Positions 37,544 to 50,371 of a stretch of 64,000 nucleotides of DNA are shown here, in pieces (the first letter of the stretch is position 1; each line of letters opens with the position of its first letter). The DNA is from Octopus vulgaris (Eukaryota): the NCBI GenBank assembly GCA_951406725.2, contig OX597818.1:61504001-61568000 (forward strand), read 5' to 3'. A program made the translations under genes and the position numbers. The notes below the pieces were generated by a model that was given only the letters and a program-made list of their open reading frames with translations, was not told where the DNA came from and searched no databases.

Positions 37544-37949
37544 AATCAAATTTGATGACTGGCATCCGAGCTTCTTGGACAAAACAACAATATGATGTTA
37601 ACATGCTTTGATAATATTACAACAATTAGCTCTGTACTCTTGAAGACCAGTAAAATAAAAATCCCGTACTTGAAAAACCAGTTAGAGTGGACAACAAGAA
37701 GGGCATCCATTTGTGAAATGTTACCTTATCTTCATCCAGCCTACCCAAGTAAGGGAAACTGGACATAAACGAATATACTATAGACAAGAGGCTAAACAAA
37801 CTATGTATGTAGTTTTCTATTAGGAAGCAGTTTTTTTTCTGCACTGCCTGTGTAAAACTGGTTTACCATGAACAGCTATAACAGCCACCTGAAGACTTAT
37901 AGCTGCGGACTACAACGCACTCGCTTCTTTAATTTAATTATTGTAAACA

Positions 37950-38115
37950 TAACAAGTGGCAACGGAAATAAGATCAGACAATGGACCAGAGTTAATTCCA
38001 TTAAAGAACTGATTAAACTACCTTGGCTGTAAGTGCAAGTTCTACCTACAGACCGAAATCTAATTGTGCAGTAGAAAGAGCTGTGTAAACAATCGAGACA
38101 GCATTAAAAAAGACT
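37950..38115 (+). pseudogene. Gypsy/Ty3-type integrase core remnant
   Basis: IRSDNGPEL...LNYLGCK..SSTYRPKSNCAVERAV*TIETALKK matches SDNGPEF...YxPxSNGxAERxVQTIKxAL. Confidence 0.72.
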
Positions 38116-38322
38116 GATTCTTAATTGTCTGCCTATAATTTCTCAGTTTGATGGATTACAATAGTAGAAAAGAAACTTTTACCTGACGCTCATTAAACTT
38201 TGTGGCTAGTGGAAGTCCAACTCTTCAATGCAAACTTCTTTGCACAGCCTTTTTTTTTGAGGATAGCCAACCCTGAATTTCTTTACAATTATGTCACATT
38301 CGTGTGCTGTGTGTTGATTAGC

Positions 38323-38697
38323 ATTCTTTTATTCTTTTATTTGTTTCAGTCATTTGACTGTGGTCATGCTGGAGCACCACCTTTAGTCGAACAAATCGAC
38401 TCCAGGCGTTATTCTTTGTAAACTTGGTATTTATTCTATCAGTCGTTTTTTCGGTGAACCGCAAAGTTATGGGGATATAAACACATCAATATCAGTTGCC
38501 AAGTGATGGTAGGGGAGAAGGACAAACACAGATACACAAACATATACACACACATATATATAATGATGGGCGTCTTTCAGTTTCCCTCTATCAAATCCAC
38601 TCACAAGGCTATAGTGGAAGACACCTGCCCAAGGTGCCATGCGGTAGGACTGAACCCAGACCCATGCAGTTGATAAGCAAGCTACTTACCATACAGC
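38323..38697 (-). mobile_element. SINE family A, more diverged
   Basis: ttgtttcagtcatttgactgtggtcatgctggagcacc...aagacacctgcccaaggtgcc...gactgaaccc. Confidence 0.88.
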
Positions 38698-38999
38698 TTA
38701 TCAAAGAATAGACCCAACATTTTCTCTGAGTATCATAAAAGGCAACTAAAAGAAGCTGAGGTAAGATCTGCCCTTATGAAACTCTAACCAATAATGACTA
38801 CCCAATCAGACCCATGGATTGGAGGGTTGTTGCCCATGTCATGCAAAGGTGTCATCCACCAGGAGTAGTGGATGCAGTGATGTGCTGTTACAGTGCAGGC
38901 CCCCATACAGTATAGTATGCCATGTTCTAATACATTCAACTGTGATTTTTCCAGCAATAGCAGTAAAAGCAATCCTTTGAAAAGCTAGCATCCCATTCC

Positions 39000-39360
39000 A
39001 TGTGAAGCGTTGTAATCTTTGTGCCATGAAAACTAGATTATCCTCTGACCTTAAGTGCTAAAGCTTTAGTCAGACCCACGTCAAGGCTCTTAGTGCAATA
39101 TAAAAGTGGCTTCAGGGTTAACTCATGCACCACTTGGACTGAATCTTGTTTCTACCACAACAGAATCTCAGGACACATAAAAGGATACCTATATTCCATT
39201 TTCTCTAGACTTGGTGTTCCAATGATCATGTTTTCATGTAATGGAGCAGAATTTATTCTATTAAGTGACTGGTTAAACTGACTTGGTTGCAAGAAAATTT
39301 GCCCATAGTAAAATGTAATTGTGCAGCAGAAAGATACACAAGCGATTAAGTCTGCATGAA
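39000..39360 (+). pseudogene. Second Gypsy-type integrase remnant
   Basis: YSIFSRLGVPMIMFSCNGAEF..DWLN*LGCK...NCAAER resembles IFSRFGVP..LVSDNGPEF; parallels 37950-38115. Confidence 0.62.
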
Positions 39361-39973
39361 AGGGTTACTCTATCAATTAGAAAGTCTAATGAGTATTTTA
39401 TGAAGGTTCAATTCAGGCTTTGTAGAGGCATCTGGTGCAAAGCAAAATATCTCCAACTGAGAAATTACTTGGCAGGAAAGAGCAGCAGTAAGCCATTTTT
39501 ATGAGATTGGACAAACCGTTCATTACAACAACAACAACAACAACAAAAATGAAATTTCCTGCAGATGCACATTATCTAATTCATGCTGGTAGAAACACAA
39601 CCTAGATTAAATGAGAAAGAAAAATCTTAGTTAGTTACAGTTGAATAAATAGCTTCTAAATATCCTTCCTAAGCACATCTGCTAATCATGGTATAATCTT
39701 CTCCATCTCTTGAAGAGTCACCACTCCATCATGTGATCCCTTTTTAGTAATTCTTATAACTGCTATTACTACAAATCAATCTCGCACACCTCTCATTCAG
39801 CCAATACAGCTAAATCATGCTAATCCTCACAGGAACAGTGAATAGTACTAACAGCATCGTAAAGGGACTTCCAAATCTTAAAGGGGTTCAGAAGCTACAA
39901 GGATATAATGATTACACAGTTTATATTTTGTGATTACAGTAATGTCATAACATTCTAAGTAATTGCTGCTTAA

Positions 39974-40194
39974 CCCTTTCGTTACCAACCCGGCCAAAAC
40001 CGGCTCTGGCTCTGTAGTACAAATGTCTTGTTTTCATAAGTTTTGCATCAAAATATACCACCAAACCTTAGTCGCAATTTATATTCCTAATACTAGCTTA
40101 ATGATAACTAAGTTATTTTACTAAATTCTTTGTTATATTTAAAATAATTGAAAGAAACAGAGAGCATATCAAAATATATACAGTAACGAAAGGG
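39974..40194. mobile_element. piggyBac-type MITE, same family as 7832-8058
   Basis: TTAA at 39970-73 and 40195-98; TIR ccctttcgttac/gtaacgaaaggg; reverse complement of the 7832 copy. Confidence 0.92.
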
Positions 40195-40374
40195 TTAAGG
40201 AACAATTTGGTAGACTTTTGGCTGCAGTATTCAGCAGCTTAAGTGACAATTTCTCAACAATCTGTTCAAAACAATGGTGTACCAAAGAACAATTCTTATT
40301 AGACTACTCTCACAGCTTTCTACTTCATTTTCTTCAGAATATGTGACTGAACTAACAGGCTATTTAGTTCATCA

Positions 40375-40600
40375 ATGCATTGCCATTTACGCTGGCCATA
40401 CCCAGCCGAAAGATTCTACCTGCTTAATGTGCAAACTGGCCAGATCTGGCTTCTCACACCTACCCTACAATGTCATTCTCAAAATAAATAAGCACCTCAT
40501 CGAAATCTCGGAGCTATGAGATAATGGACGATTTTTTAAAAAAAAATCAATGTAAATAAATAAATGCTACAACTGAATGAATAGTCTGAATGCTTAAGGG
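40375..40600. mobile_element. Probable second TTAA MITE family with one decayed end
   Basis: Ends in ctgaatgcttaaggg followed by TTAA (40601-04); the other end is only weakly complementary. Confidence 0.45.
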
Positions 40601-43077
40601 TTAATTTAATGAAAGGGTTATCTTTAGGGACACTATATATAGAGACATTTTTTTGCTACATACCTACATGTCAATATAATCATTATTAATAGCTGTATAC
40701 ATGTACTTAAATGAAGGGTGCAAATAAAACATATTCTATCCCAATTAAATATGTTTACCTTTGTATACTGCTCAGGTAACATTGGAGAACAAAGATACAC
40801 AATTACTACAAATATCTGAAGCTTTGAGCTTATTGTAATGAACTTATTGAAAGGAGCAGATGCATTATGGACACAGCAATTTTAATACCTCTCACTCATA
40901 ATATATTCTTCATTTGTAATACAAAGTTATTTTGCTCCTTGCCCCAATAAATAAAACTAGCTGCTCAAGAAAATAGCATATCAAAGACTTACCATCAGCA
41001 AATATTAATAGAAAATCCAAACAGCAAGTGTGCTAACAAATAAAATTGCTTTTGTTTCCCCATTTCTTGATAATTTCAAGCAGAGAGAAATCTTGAAATA
41101 TGCATAGAGATCTCATCTTAAATGCTCCAAATTATTTGAACACAGTAATGTGTTTGTCTTTTGGAGGGAACAGAATCAATAATTCAAATTCTAAGTAAAT
41201 ATTTTAGAGGAATATTCTCTTTAATCTATGTCAACACCACCTGGCTCTTGGGTGCTCCATCTGTTGCAAGCATTGAGGTCTGAACATAACTTTAACCCTC
41301 CCTCCCAACAGCAATGGAAGATCTGTAAAGAATCCACAAGCACCGTCTCTACTAAACTATTAATCTTTTCATTACAAACTCATCCAATACAATTATCATA
41401 GAATACCAAAGCTTCTGCAGTAGTTTGTACTTCATATATAAATCAAAGTATCAAACATGTCATCGTAGCATTAGTGATATTGTGATTTCATTCGATAAAC
41501 ATTTGTTATATCAACTAAAATATTTTTATACTCGAAATTTGTGTTTACCAAATATTTGATATTTTTTCCAAATTCCTGCCCCACTTGATTTTATATACTT
41601 TTTCTTTTTTTTTTATGCAAAATTACATAAGCTTCAGATTTACTAAAAGCAACTCTGAATTTGAATGATTTTTGAGTGCAGCAGATAAAAAGTGGTATCA
41701 AGCAAAAGAAGTCCTGTACTTTGAACCAAACATTTGAAATTCAGAGTGTATAAACAATGTACAGACAGCAGTAATAAGATGGAGAGAGGGCAACCTTTTA
41801 AAATAGTTCTCTTCTATAATCTGAAGAAGAAATCAGACCCAACCAATCATTCCCATGATTCAAAATCTACTGACTATTAAATTTTGTTAATGGCAATTCA
41901 AGTGTTCCATATAATAATAGCAGAGACAAATCACTACAGAAAAATGTAAACAAAGGTAACTGGAGGACAAAATGGACAAATTAGGATTTATTTACTATAA
42001 ATATGATGGACACTTAATAATCTATAAAAACAATATTGGCTTTTAACTTATATGAAGATATTCAATCAAATATAAATAACTATGTATTTCAGATTTTACC
42101 TATACTTATCTGTAATTATAGTAGTTTTGAAACAAATTCTGTAATACAGTTATACAAGTTTTTATTGTTTTCATAATACCACTTTACTATGTAAACTCAA
42201 TTATAGATGCTTTATGAAACGAGTTAAAATTCAAAATTAGTTTAGAATTTCATTAAAAATATAAGGTGGGGGATGCCTAAAAATGTAGGTAATTAAAGGG
42301 TTAAACAAATAATTTCAAAAGGTAAACACAATACTAGTATAACTTTGACGTACAATCTTTTGAATTGGGGAGTATAATTTATAGTAGTACTTAATGAAAC
42401 AAAACTTAATGTGTTTGATCTTGAAAAAATCAGAGAAGAGACAGAAGAATTTGTAAAATAATTTTAAAGATAATGCTGAAATCTTTTGCTTTTTAAAATT
42501 ACAAACAAAAATCACACTCAGATCAAAAAACATTGATATGCAACATAATAATGTTCAAAGGAGAGACAAATATTATGAATTACTGTCAATAAAGAACAGG
42601 AATGGACCAATGGGCCGATATCAATATGCACTGAGTACAAAACAGCAAGCTGCCCAATGTCTCACACACACACACACACTCACCAATTCTTTACTAACTT
42701 TAAATCTGCACCAATAACTTAACTGTCCAAATTAATTAGCAATATATTATGAGGTTTTATCAAAGTATCATCATCAGCATTTTCCTTCTGCTTTCTCATG
42801 CTAGACTATTTTTTCTTTGTTTTCTTTTTAATCTCTGTTTTATGGTTTCCTCCACTTCGAGGTACCAAACCGTTTTAGTTGATTCTTATAATATACATGT
42901 ATTTAGTGTATTCTAAAGCTAGTACACAAAAGTTTAAGAAATAGCTGGAAGTTATAATTTAATATGGTGTACAAAACTTTGTGTCTGTGACTAGTGTTAC
43001 TCAACCTTCAGATACCACCAACAAAGAATAAATACTATCTAACAGAACAAATAATTTAGGAAATTGTTTCATATTTT

Positions 43078-43431
43078 ATTTTGTTTTTGGATTTAGTTTG
43101 CAAGATTCTTTATATGAGTTCATGTGTTGAAGCATATTCTGTTGTGTCTGGGGAAAGTCATTTTCTTTTTGTGCCTTATAATGTAACACACACACAGGTA
43201 AAATTTCCACTTATTTTTTCATTTCTATTTTCCTAAAATTTTCGTTGCTTCTTGTAACCTTTTCCCTAGCCTTGACTCTCCTGAATAGTCTTCAGTCAAG
43301 ACTATTGAAATGGTTGCAAGATGCAACGAAAATTTTAGGTAAATAAAAATAGAAAATAAATGGAAATTTTACAGGTGAGTGTGTTACATTATAAGGCACA
43401 AAAAAGAAAATGATTCTCCCCAGACACAACA
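43078..43431 (-). mobile_element. Asymmetric hairpin insertion, family P3, second copy
   Basis: Arms 43139-43277/43294-43432, tail 43078-43138; 12-bp TSD gtttcatatttt at 43066-43077 and 43432-43443. Confidence 0.75.
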
Positions 43432-44278
43432 GTTTCATATTTTGATATCTATAAAAGTTACTAAACATTTTATCAAATAATTGTTTCCTTCCAATTAGTG
43501 GTTTTATTAAATTTCCAAGCACAAATAAGGACACACCATGTTTACATAGCTTCTACAATCTCAGTAAGTTACTCCTCATGCAGGCCATCATCTACTGAGA
43601 TTTTAAATGACATACATAACTTACCCCAGCATAGTCAAGATTTTACACTAACTTTACAGTTTATTTGACCATAATTTTCTTAATAATTGATTCAAAATCA
43701 AAGCAAAACCAACTAAAGTCTCAACCAGCATAGCAGCAATGAAGCATGCTCCCTGAGTTGATAGTAATTATTTATTCATAATAAAATTAAAATCTCTACA
43801 ATAGAAATATATATAGAAGCCTATATTTTATTAAATAATTCCTAACACATGGAAATTTTTTAAAAAATCATAACTGCATCCAATATCTTGGATTATTAGA
43901 ATTAGGCAAGAACTAAGCTAATAGACAAAAGAATGTATCTCATATTAACCCACAACAATTAGTCTTTAAAGCACTCCATGAAAATTAAAAATTAAATAAA
44001 TAAACAGAATGAAGGATGTAACCGTAATATGGAAATCGGTAAAGAGATAATTAATTAGATCCTATATATATGCTACAGATTTTGAGATATTTCAGTTCTT
44101 AACCCATTCTTTGTTTATTGCTTTTTTCCCCATAATGGTAATTTCAGTTTTTAATTTGTACATACTCTGGTATTTCTCATTGTCTTGCTTTACTTAGAAC
44201 ATTCTAATGTTCTACACTAGATTACTGTTATCCATGTAAGCGTTTTTAACAAATACTCAAGATAATATAATTCAATTT

Positions 44279-44692
44279 TCATCATCGTTTAACGTCCACT
44301 TTCCATGCTGGCATGGGTTGGAGGATTTTACAGAGGTCTGGCGAACCAGATGGCTGCACCAGGCTCCAATCTGATCTGACAGAGTTTCTACAGCTGGAAT
44401 GCCCTTCCTAACACCAACCACTCCGAGAGTGTAGTGGGTGCTTTTACGTGCCATCAGCACGAGGGCCAGTTAGGTGGTACTGGCAACGGCCACGCTCAAA
44501 TGGTGCTTTTTATGTGCCACCTGCACAGGAGCCAGTCCAGCGGCACTGGCAACGACATCGCTCGAATGTTTTTTCACGTGCCACCAGCACAAGTGCTGGT
44601 AAGGCAGCACAGGTAACGATCATGCTCAAATGGTATTTTTAACGTGCCATCGGCACGGAGGCCAGCTTGTTGCTATGGCAACAATCTCGTAT
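44279..44692 (-). mobile_element. RTE LINE 3'UTR (family C) with ~4 modules
   Basis: catcatcgtttaacgtcc..., family-C core, repeated ttttacgtgcca modules. Confidence 0.88.
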
Positions 44693-44818
44693 GGATTTGC
44701 ATAATTGTTGAGGAGTGGATAATTTGTAAAATCCTGAGCTACAGATATGGTTTCAAACCTAAGGAAAGCAAATCCATCCACAGAAAGAGGGCAAAGAAAC
44801 ACATTTCACACTGATAGC

Positions 44819-45093
44819 CTGTGGCGGACTAGGTCTAAAAACAGTGGTTGCCAGGAGACTAAGTGGACCCACCCACAACAACAAGGGGGCCCACCTACAA
44901 CGCTATCATTTCATTTTATTTTTTGTTAAAAGTATTTTTTTCTACCGTCTACAAATACAGCCAGGCTGAAGTAATGCATTCTTTCAGGAGCGAATTCTCA
45001 AACTTGAGGAGATGGACCCCTTAGATACTAACATGGGCCCCCATATATGGATTCTAATGGTGCCAAGCTGGCAACCTGGCCAGTCTGCCCCTG
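44819..45093. mobile_element. hAT-type MITE
   Basis: Perfect 8-bp TSD ctgatagc (44811-18, 45094-101); imperfect TIR ctgtggcggactagg / cctggccagtctgcccctg (~CAGGGGCGGACTGG). Confidence 0.82.
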
Positions 45094-45712
45094 CTGATAG
45101 CTGCCCATAAACAGTAACACATGCAGAAAAAATTGGGTTTATTAGTCCGTGATATATCAACTACTTTAGCAATAATGAAATCACAAAAGTATAGCATGCA
45201 TCCATTAAGCAAAAATTTACTTATATGAAGTAAGGTAACAATTTCTTTAACATCATTTTACTTTTCTTGTGAGACAAACCATATTTTTTAGTCTAAATAC
45301 TTCTTATTTCCTTTGTTACTGGCAAATTGTTTAGCCATTGTATTTTTTCTATTTTCCTTTTTGCTGGTTTCGGTCAAAAGGTACAGCCATACTAGGGCAC
45401 CACCTTCTGACCTTTGAGTTAAATCTTTTCAGCATTCATGTTTATGAGGCCAGGCCAAAGAGCAATCCAAGTTTTAAAATAGCACACTAAGTGACACAAT
45501 GTTGCAAATGGATAACTGTGACCTTCAGTGTAAGAAAGCCACATCAGACCATTAGTTTAAAAATACTAAAGTGACTATATATTTTGTGCTGTTGGCAATA
45601 TGTTGCAAGATGAACTATGAAAGATTTGGAAGAGTAATTATTGTCTCGAAATACCGCAAAATACTTTGCTTTCTAATATTGTAACAGACTTAAGCAATGT
45701 CACAATTGGTAC

Positions 45713-45862
45713 CATCATCATCGTCATCGTTTAACGTCCATTTTCCGTGCTAGCATGGGTTGAACGGTTCAACCGGAGTCTGGGAAGCCAGGAGGCTGCA
45801 CCAGGTTCCAGTCTGATCTGGCAGTGTTTCTATAGCTGGATGTCCTTCCTAACACCAACCAC
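45713..45862 (-). mobile_element. RTE LINE 3' end (family C), short
   Basis: (CAT)n and family-C core ending at ccttcctaacaccaaccac. Confidence 0.88.
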
Positions 45863-46154
45863 CGACATTCTAAATTAGTAAAAACCTCCACCAAAGGTGA
45901 TCAGATGAACAAAATCCCAATATGGGACAATCATATTTTGAAAGTGCATGTGGTGAGCTCTGAAAGATAAGTGCCTGATGGTTCGGTAACTTTCCAGAAA
46001 AGTAGACATCTAAAATAGTTTATGCCATATGATTTTAAAAGAAAAATTGAGGAGACATCAGTTTGCTACAAAATTTTTGCCGTATCTGCAAACAGCAGAG
46101 TAAAAATAGAAGTAAGTTACAATCAATCAGAAGTCATTTGATTCTTTGAATGTT

Positions 46155-46820
46155 GGAGAAAACTTCATGGGAAAGTGCCATAGCAGGTGGTGAGATGTAG
46201 GTGTATGGCTAAGATGTTGAAATAGGAATTCATAGTAATGGATAGGAAACATTGTCACAATCAAAAGTAAAGCAGGTCAGAGTAGCACAAATATGAATGT
46301 AATGTTGATTACCATTTTTAACTGGAAAGCTATCTTTCAAAATGGCTTTGTTGCACATGGCGAGATGATCAATAAAAAGTTCTACTTGGATATCCTGAGG
46401 CACTTCAGAAGAGCACTATGAAAGAAAGGACTATGACATGGACAAACCATGGCACTGCAACAACAACCCTTATCCATAACATTCTAGCAAATCACAAAAG
46501 GACTCGTATCCAACTACCCTACTCACAGTATTTGTCAGCAACCCCACATTTGGCAGGGAGGGGTTCAGAGTTGCATCACACCCTGAAAAGTTACCATCTG
46601 TACATAACTGACAACCTCTGGGAATGCATTTCAGGACACATTTAAAATAGGGAAAATGAAGGGAACAGGAATGAACAGTGGGGTGAATTACCTGCAAGAA
46701 TACAAGTTTAACTAGAGCGTAAAATCTGAGCCAGCAAGGAAAGCAGGTATAAAAAGCCAGTTAACAAGGAATGAACATGATATTTTTTGAAGTTTAGTTT
46801 CCTTTTGGACAGACCTTGTA
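46155..46820 (+). pseudogene. Decayed mariner transposase with 3' TIR
   Basis: AGGEM*VYG*DVE (~TGDETWVYGYDVE), MLITIFNWKAI..GFVAHGEMINKKFYLDILRHFRRAL (~MLIVFFD.KG..EFVP.GQTVNKEFYL.VLRRLR), QLPYSQYLS (~HPPYSPDLAP); ends ttttggacagaccttgTA. Confidence 0.75.
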
Positions 46821-47028
46821 CACTGTCTTCATTTTCTTCTTTTGAAAGAACATAAATTCTTATAAATACGTTTCAAAATATTCCTGTTGAAATTTACAAA
46901 TAAGTAATATTCCTACCAATATTTTAGCCAATAAACTAAATTACTAAGGTTTATACAAACTGGGTCCAAATTACTTTAACAAGTATCTTCAGAGTTAGTG
47001 CCCCTTAAATATTCAATAATTACATATA

Positions 47029-47445
47029 TATTTCTTTACTACCCACAAGGGGCTAAACACAAAGGGGACAAACAAGAACAGACAAATAGATTAAGTCGAT
47101 TACATTGACCCTAGTGCATAACTGGTACTTAATTTATCGACCCCAAAAGGATGAAAGGTAAAGTCGACCTCGGCGGAATTTGAAGTCAGAATGTAGCGGC
47201 AGACGAAATACCTATTTCTTTACTACTCACAGGGGGCTAAACATAGAAGGGACAAACAAGGATAGACTAACGGATTAAGTCAATTATGTTGACCCCAGTG
47301 CGTAACTGGTACTTATTTAATCGACCCCGAAAGGATGAAAGGCAAACCCAACCTCAGCAGAATTTGAACTCAGAACGTAGCGACAGACGAAATACTGCTG
47401 AGCTTTTTGCCGGGTGTGCTAACGTTTCTACCAGCTTGCCGCCTT
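47029..47445 (-). mobile_element. SINE family B dimer
   Basis: Two bodies joined at gaaatacctatttc; TSD ataattacatata/ataattacacata (47016-28, 47446-58). Confidence 0.92.
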
Positions 47446-49270
47446 ATAATTACACATACCATTACTTGCCAGAAGACCCTCTACACCAACAGTACAGACA
47501 CATTAAATATTTTCATAAATGCTTCAAGCTTTAGGTAGCAAATGAACACTTACAAGTGTCCTTTAATACACTTATACATGCCTGCTAGAATAGGATGGTT
47601 TTAAAGCACTGACATATTCATACACCATTAAAGCAGGTGTTTAAGGTTTGACACTTTAACAAATGCACACACTTAGGTATAATGAAACATATACGGTTAA
47701 AAGTTTTCTTAAAGAATGTAATAACACGAGAAACACATCTTCACCAGGAAAGTAGTACAGTAGCTTAATTGCTATTCTTTACAATATCAATAATAAATAT
47801 TGAAAGAATAATATTTTCTTTAAATTACTTGAATAATGTATAGAGAATTCATGCAGCATGTAACAGAATTTTTCCTTTCATATACATTATCTTATAGAGT
47901 GGGTCATCTCAACAGATATGCATTAACTTCTCTAGAAATAGGACAATATCCTGTAGACCATGAAAGGTATAGTATGTTCATAACATTATCTGAGAAATTA
48001 TTTAATGATGTTTATGGTAGAGCACTCACTGTGTGAGTTGATTGTAAACACTTCTCTAAGCTATGAAAGCATGTGTGAGTGTGTATGTATTAATATGGAA
48101 AATAAACTGCACAGTGTAAGGAGATCCCAGTTAAAATTGTTATCACAGTAGAATCTAATGTTATAGTCTTGCTGATCAATATGAGCACAATCATATTCAA
48201 GTATTTTTTAAAAAGCTATTGAATGACCTGGTTCCACAAATTCCTGCTAGAATTATTCTTAATGTTTCATTGATTCCGCAAACTTCTGATTATTGATCAA
48301 TACCATAACAAGGAAACAGTATGCAGAAAGCAATAGAATATCGCAGGAAATATAAAAGAACTATTTTTTCCATTCACTTTCAGAAAAATGTTACAGCTTG
48401 AATTTTCACCCTAACACCCTTATTTAAATTTCAAGTATTTCAAATAACAGTAGGTAAAAAATAGCATTATTAAAGCTCTGGTTTGTTTTAAAATCTCATT
48501 ATTTAATACTTAGAAAAATGCACAAAAAAGATACTTTGATCATTCTCATGTATAAAAAAAAAAGGCTTCAATTAATATCCCCTCCCAGCTTCTATTAAAG
48601 TTACTCCAAATGTTATGAATAGGGAAGGTGACTGAAGGAATCAATAGCTAACAGGAATTATTCTTTATCCCCGGAATGTTCTAAAATAGATATTTGAAAC
48701 AAGTTTATAGACTCTCAGAAAAAAACATTTGTAACCATCATAAGTTATGCAGTTTTATGGTTAGACAAAGTTCAGCTTAGAACATAAAAGTTATAATCTG
48801 TATGATATATATGTAACAAAACCTACGAGCATGATATGAATGTAAGATCAGCCATTAAAATAATATAAAAATGAAAACGAGAGTTTAATGTACAGCTACA
48901 CAAACCAGAAATATCACAATCTTTGAACAGGAAATAAAAATTCGCCAACTCGAAGTATATAGGTTACATAAGCAAAAACATAAATAAATATTAACCCTGT
49001 TTTAAAAGTATCATTAATTGTAGAATAATAGCTAAGACACTGACCCAATGGTACATTCTTTAGGGACAGTACGTAACGTTTTTGGAAAATCAAACTAGTG
49101 CTTTTTGCTTTAATCTACAGCATTGAAAAACAGGTACTCTCCAAAATTTCATGATTAGGTTGTGATCAACAGAAAGTAGAGCCAGGCATAAAATGATGAC
49201 AATCAATTTATATGCAATTTGAAGCAATATTCAGTTTATGTTGTGGGAAAACAAATAGATTTGTAATATT

Positions 49271-49415
49271 TAAGAAAAAACAATTTCTGCTTTGCACACA
49301 TATCTCTGCTGTCACAAATATTCCATGCTCCAAATTCCACTGAAATTGTTTATACATATATTGCCATTTGCTACTAAGATACGATTTCTTTTGCTATGAA
49401 GAACTTGTTTGTTTA
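49271..49415 (+). repeat. 145-bp direct repeat left of a SINE-A copy
   Basis: Matches 49825-49969 with 11 substitutions (manual count) and no indels. Confidence 0.93.
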
Positions 49416-49824
49416 CTCTTCTACTCTTTTACTTGTTTCAGTCATTTGACTGCAGCCATGCTGGAGCACCGCCTTTAGTCGAGCAAATCGACTCCGGGAC
49501 TTATTCTTTGTAAGCCCAGTACTTATTCTATCGGTCTCTTTTGCCGAACCGCTAAGTGACGGGGACATAAACACACCAGCATCAGTTGTCAAGCAATGCT
49601 AGGGGGACAAACACAGACACACAAACACACACACATACACATATATACATATATATACATATATACGTCAGGCTTCTTTCAGTTTCCGTCTACCAAATCC
49701 ACTCACAAGGCATTGGTCGGCCCGGAGCTATAGCAGAAGACACTTGCCCAAGATGCCACACAGTGGGACTGAACCCGGAACCATGTGGTTGGTTAGCAAG
49801 CTACTTACCACACAGCCACTCCTG
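49416..49824 (-). mobile_element. SINE family A, near full length
   Basis: Complete family-A body, a few nt short at the 5' end. Confidence 0.94.
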
Positions 49825-49969
49825 TAAGAAAAAACAATTTCTGCTTTGCACACATACCTCTGCTGTTACAAATATTCCATGCTCCAAATTCCACCAAAAT
49901 TGTTTATATATATGTAGCCATTTGCTACTAAGATATGATTTCTTTTGTCATGAAGAACCTGTTTGTTTA
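49825..49969 (+). repeat. 145-bp direct repeat right of a SINE-A copy
   Basis: Matches 49271-49415. Confidence 0.93.
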
Positions 49970-50328
49970 TTATCTTTTCAGTAACTATTTCCTAACATAA
50001 TTATGCACCTTCTTCCGGTGAAGTTAACTGGTGAAATGCACCAACAGTAACAGGCAGTTTTCAGAATAAGTCATACTTGTTCAACTTATCTTCAGATCAT
50101 ATTTGGCTCTATTTAATGTAAAAGTTGGTCGACTGTTAAGGCATAGATTATAATAAAACCATTAATAATGTCTGACATAAAACAGATTCGTTTAGGTGAA
50201 ATTTCGGCAAAAAAACTCTCATTTCTCAAAATAATAAGCATAGAATGAGAAAGATTTCAAATGCTTCCTATACTCGTGTTTGCTGCAACAACAGCCACAA
50301 GCAGTTTTCAGAATGAATTATACGAACA

Positions 50329-50371
<43 letters not shown>
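50329..50371. repeat. (GAT)n microsatellite
   Basis: Direct reading. Confidence 0.95.

Noticed and set aside
42050-42304. Possible TTAA MITE ending aaagggTTAA
   Set aside because: No matching left terminus found.
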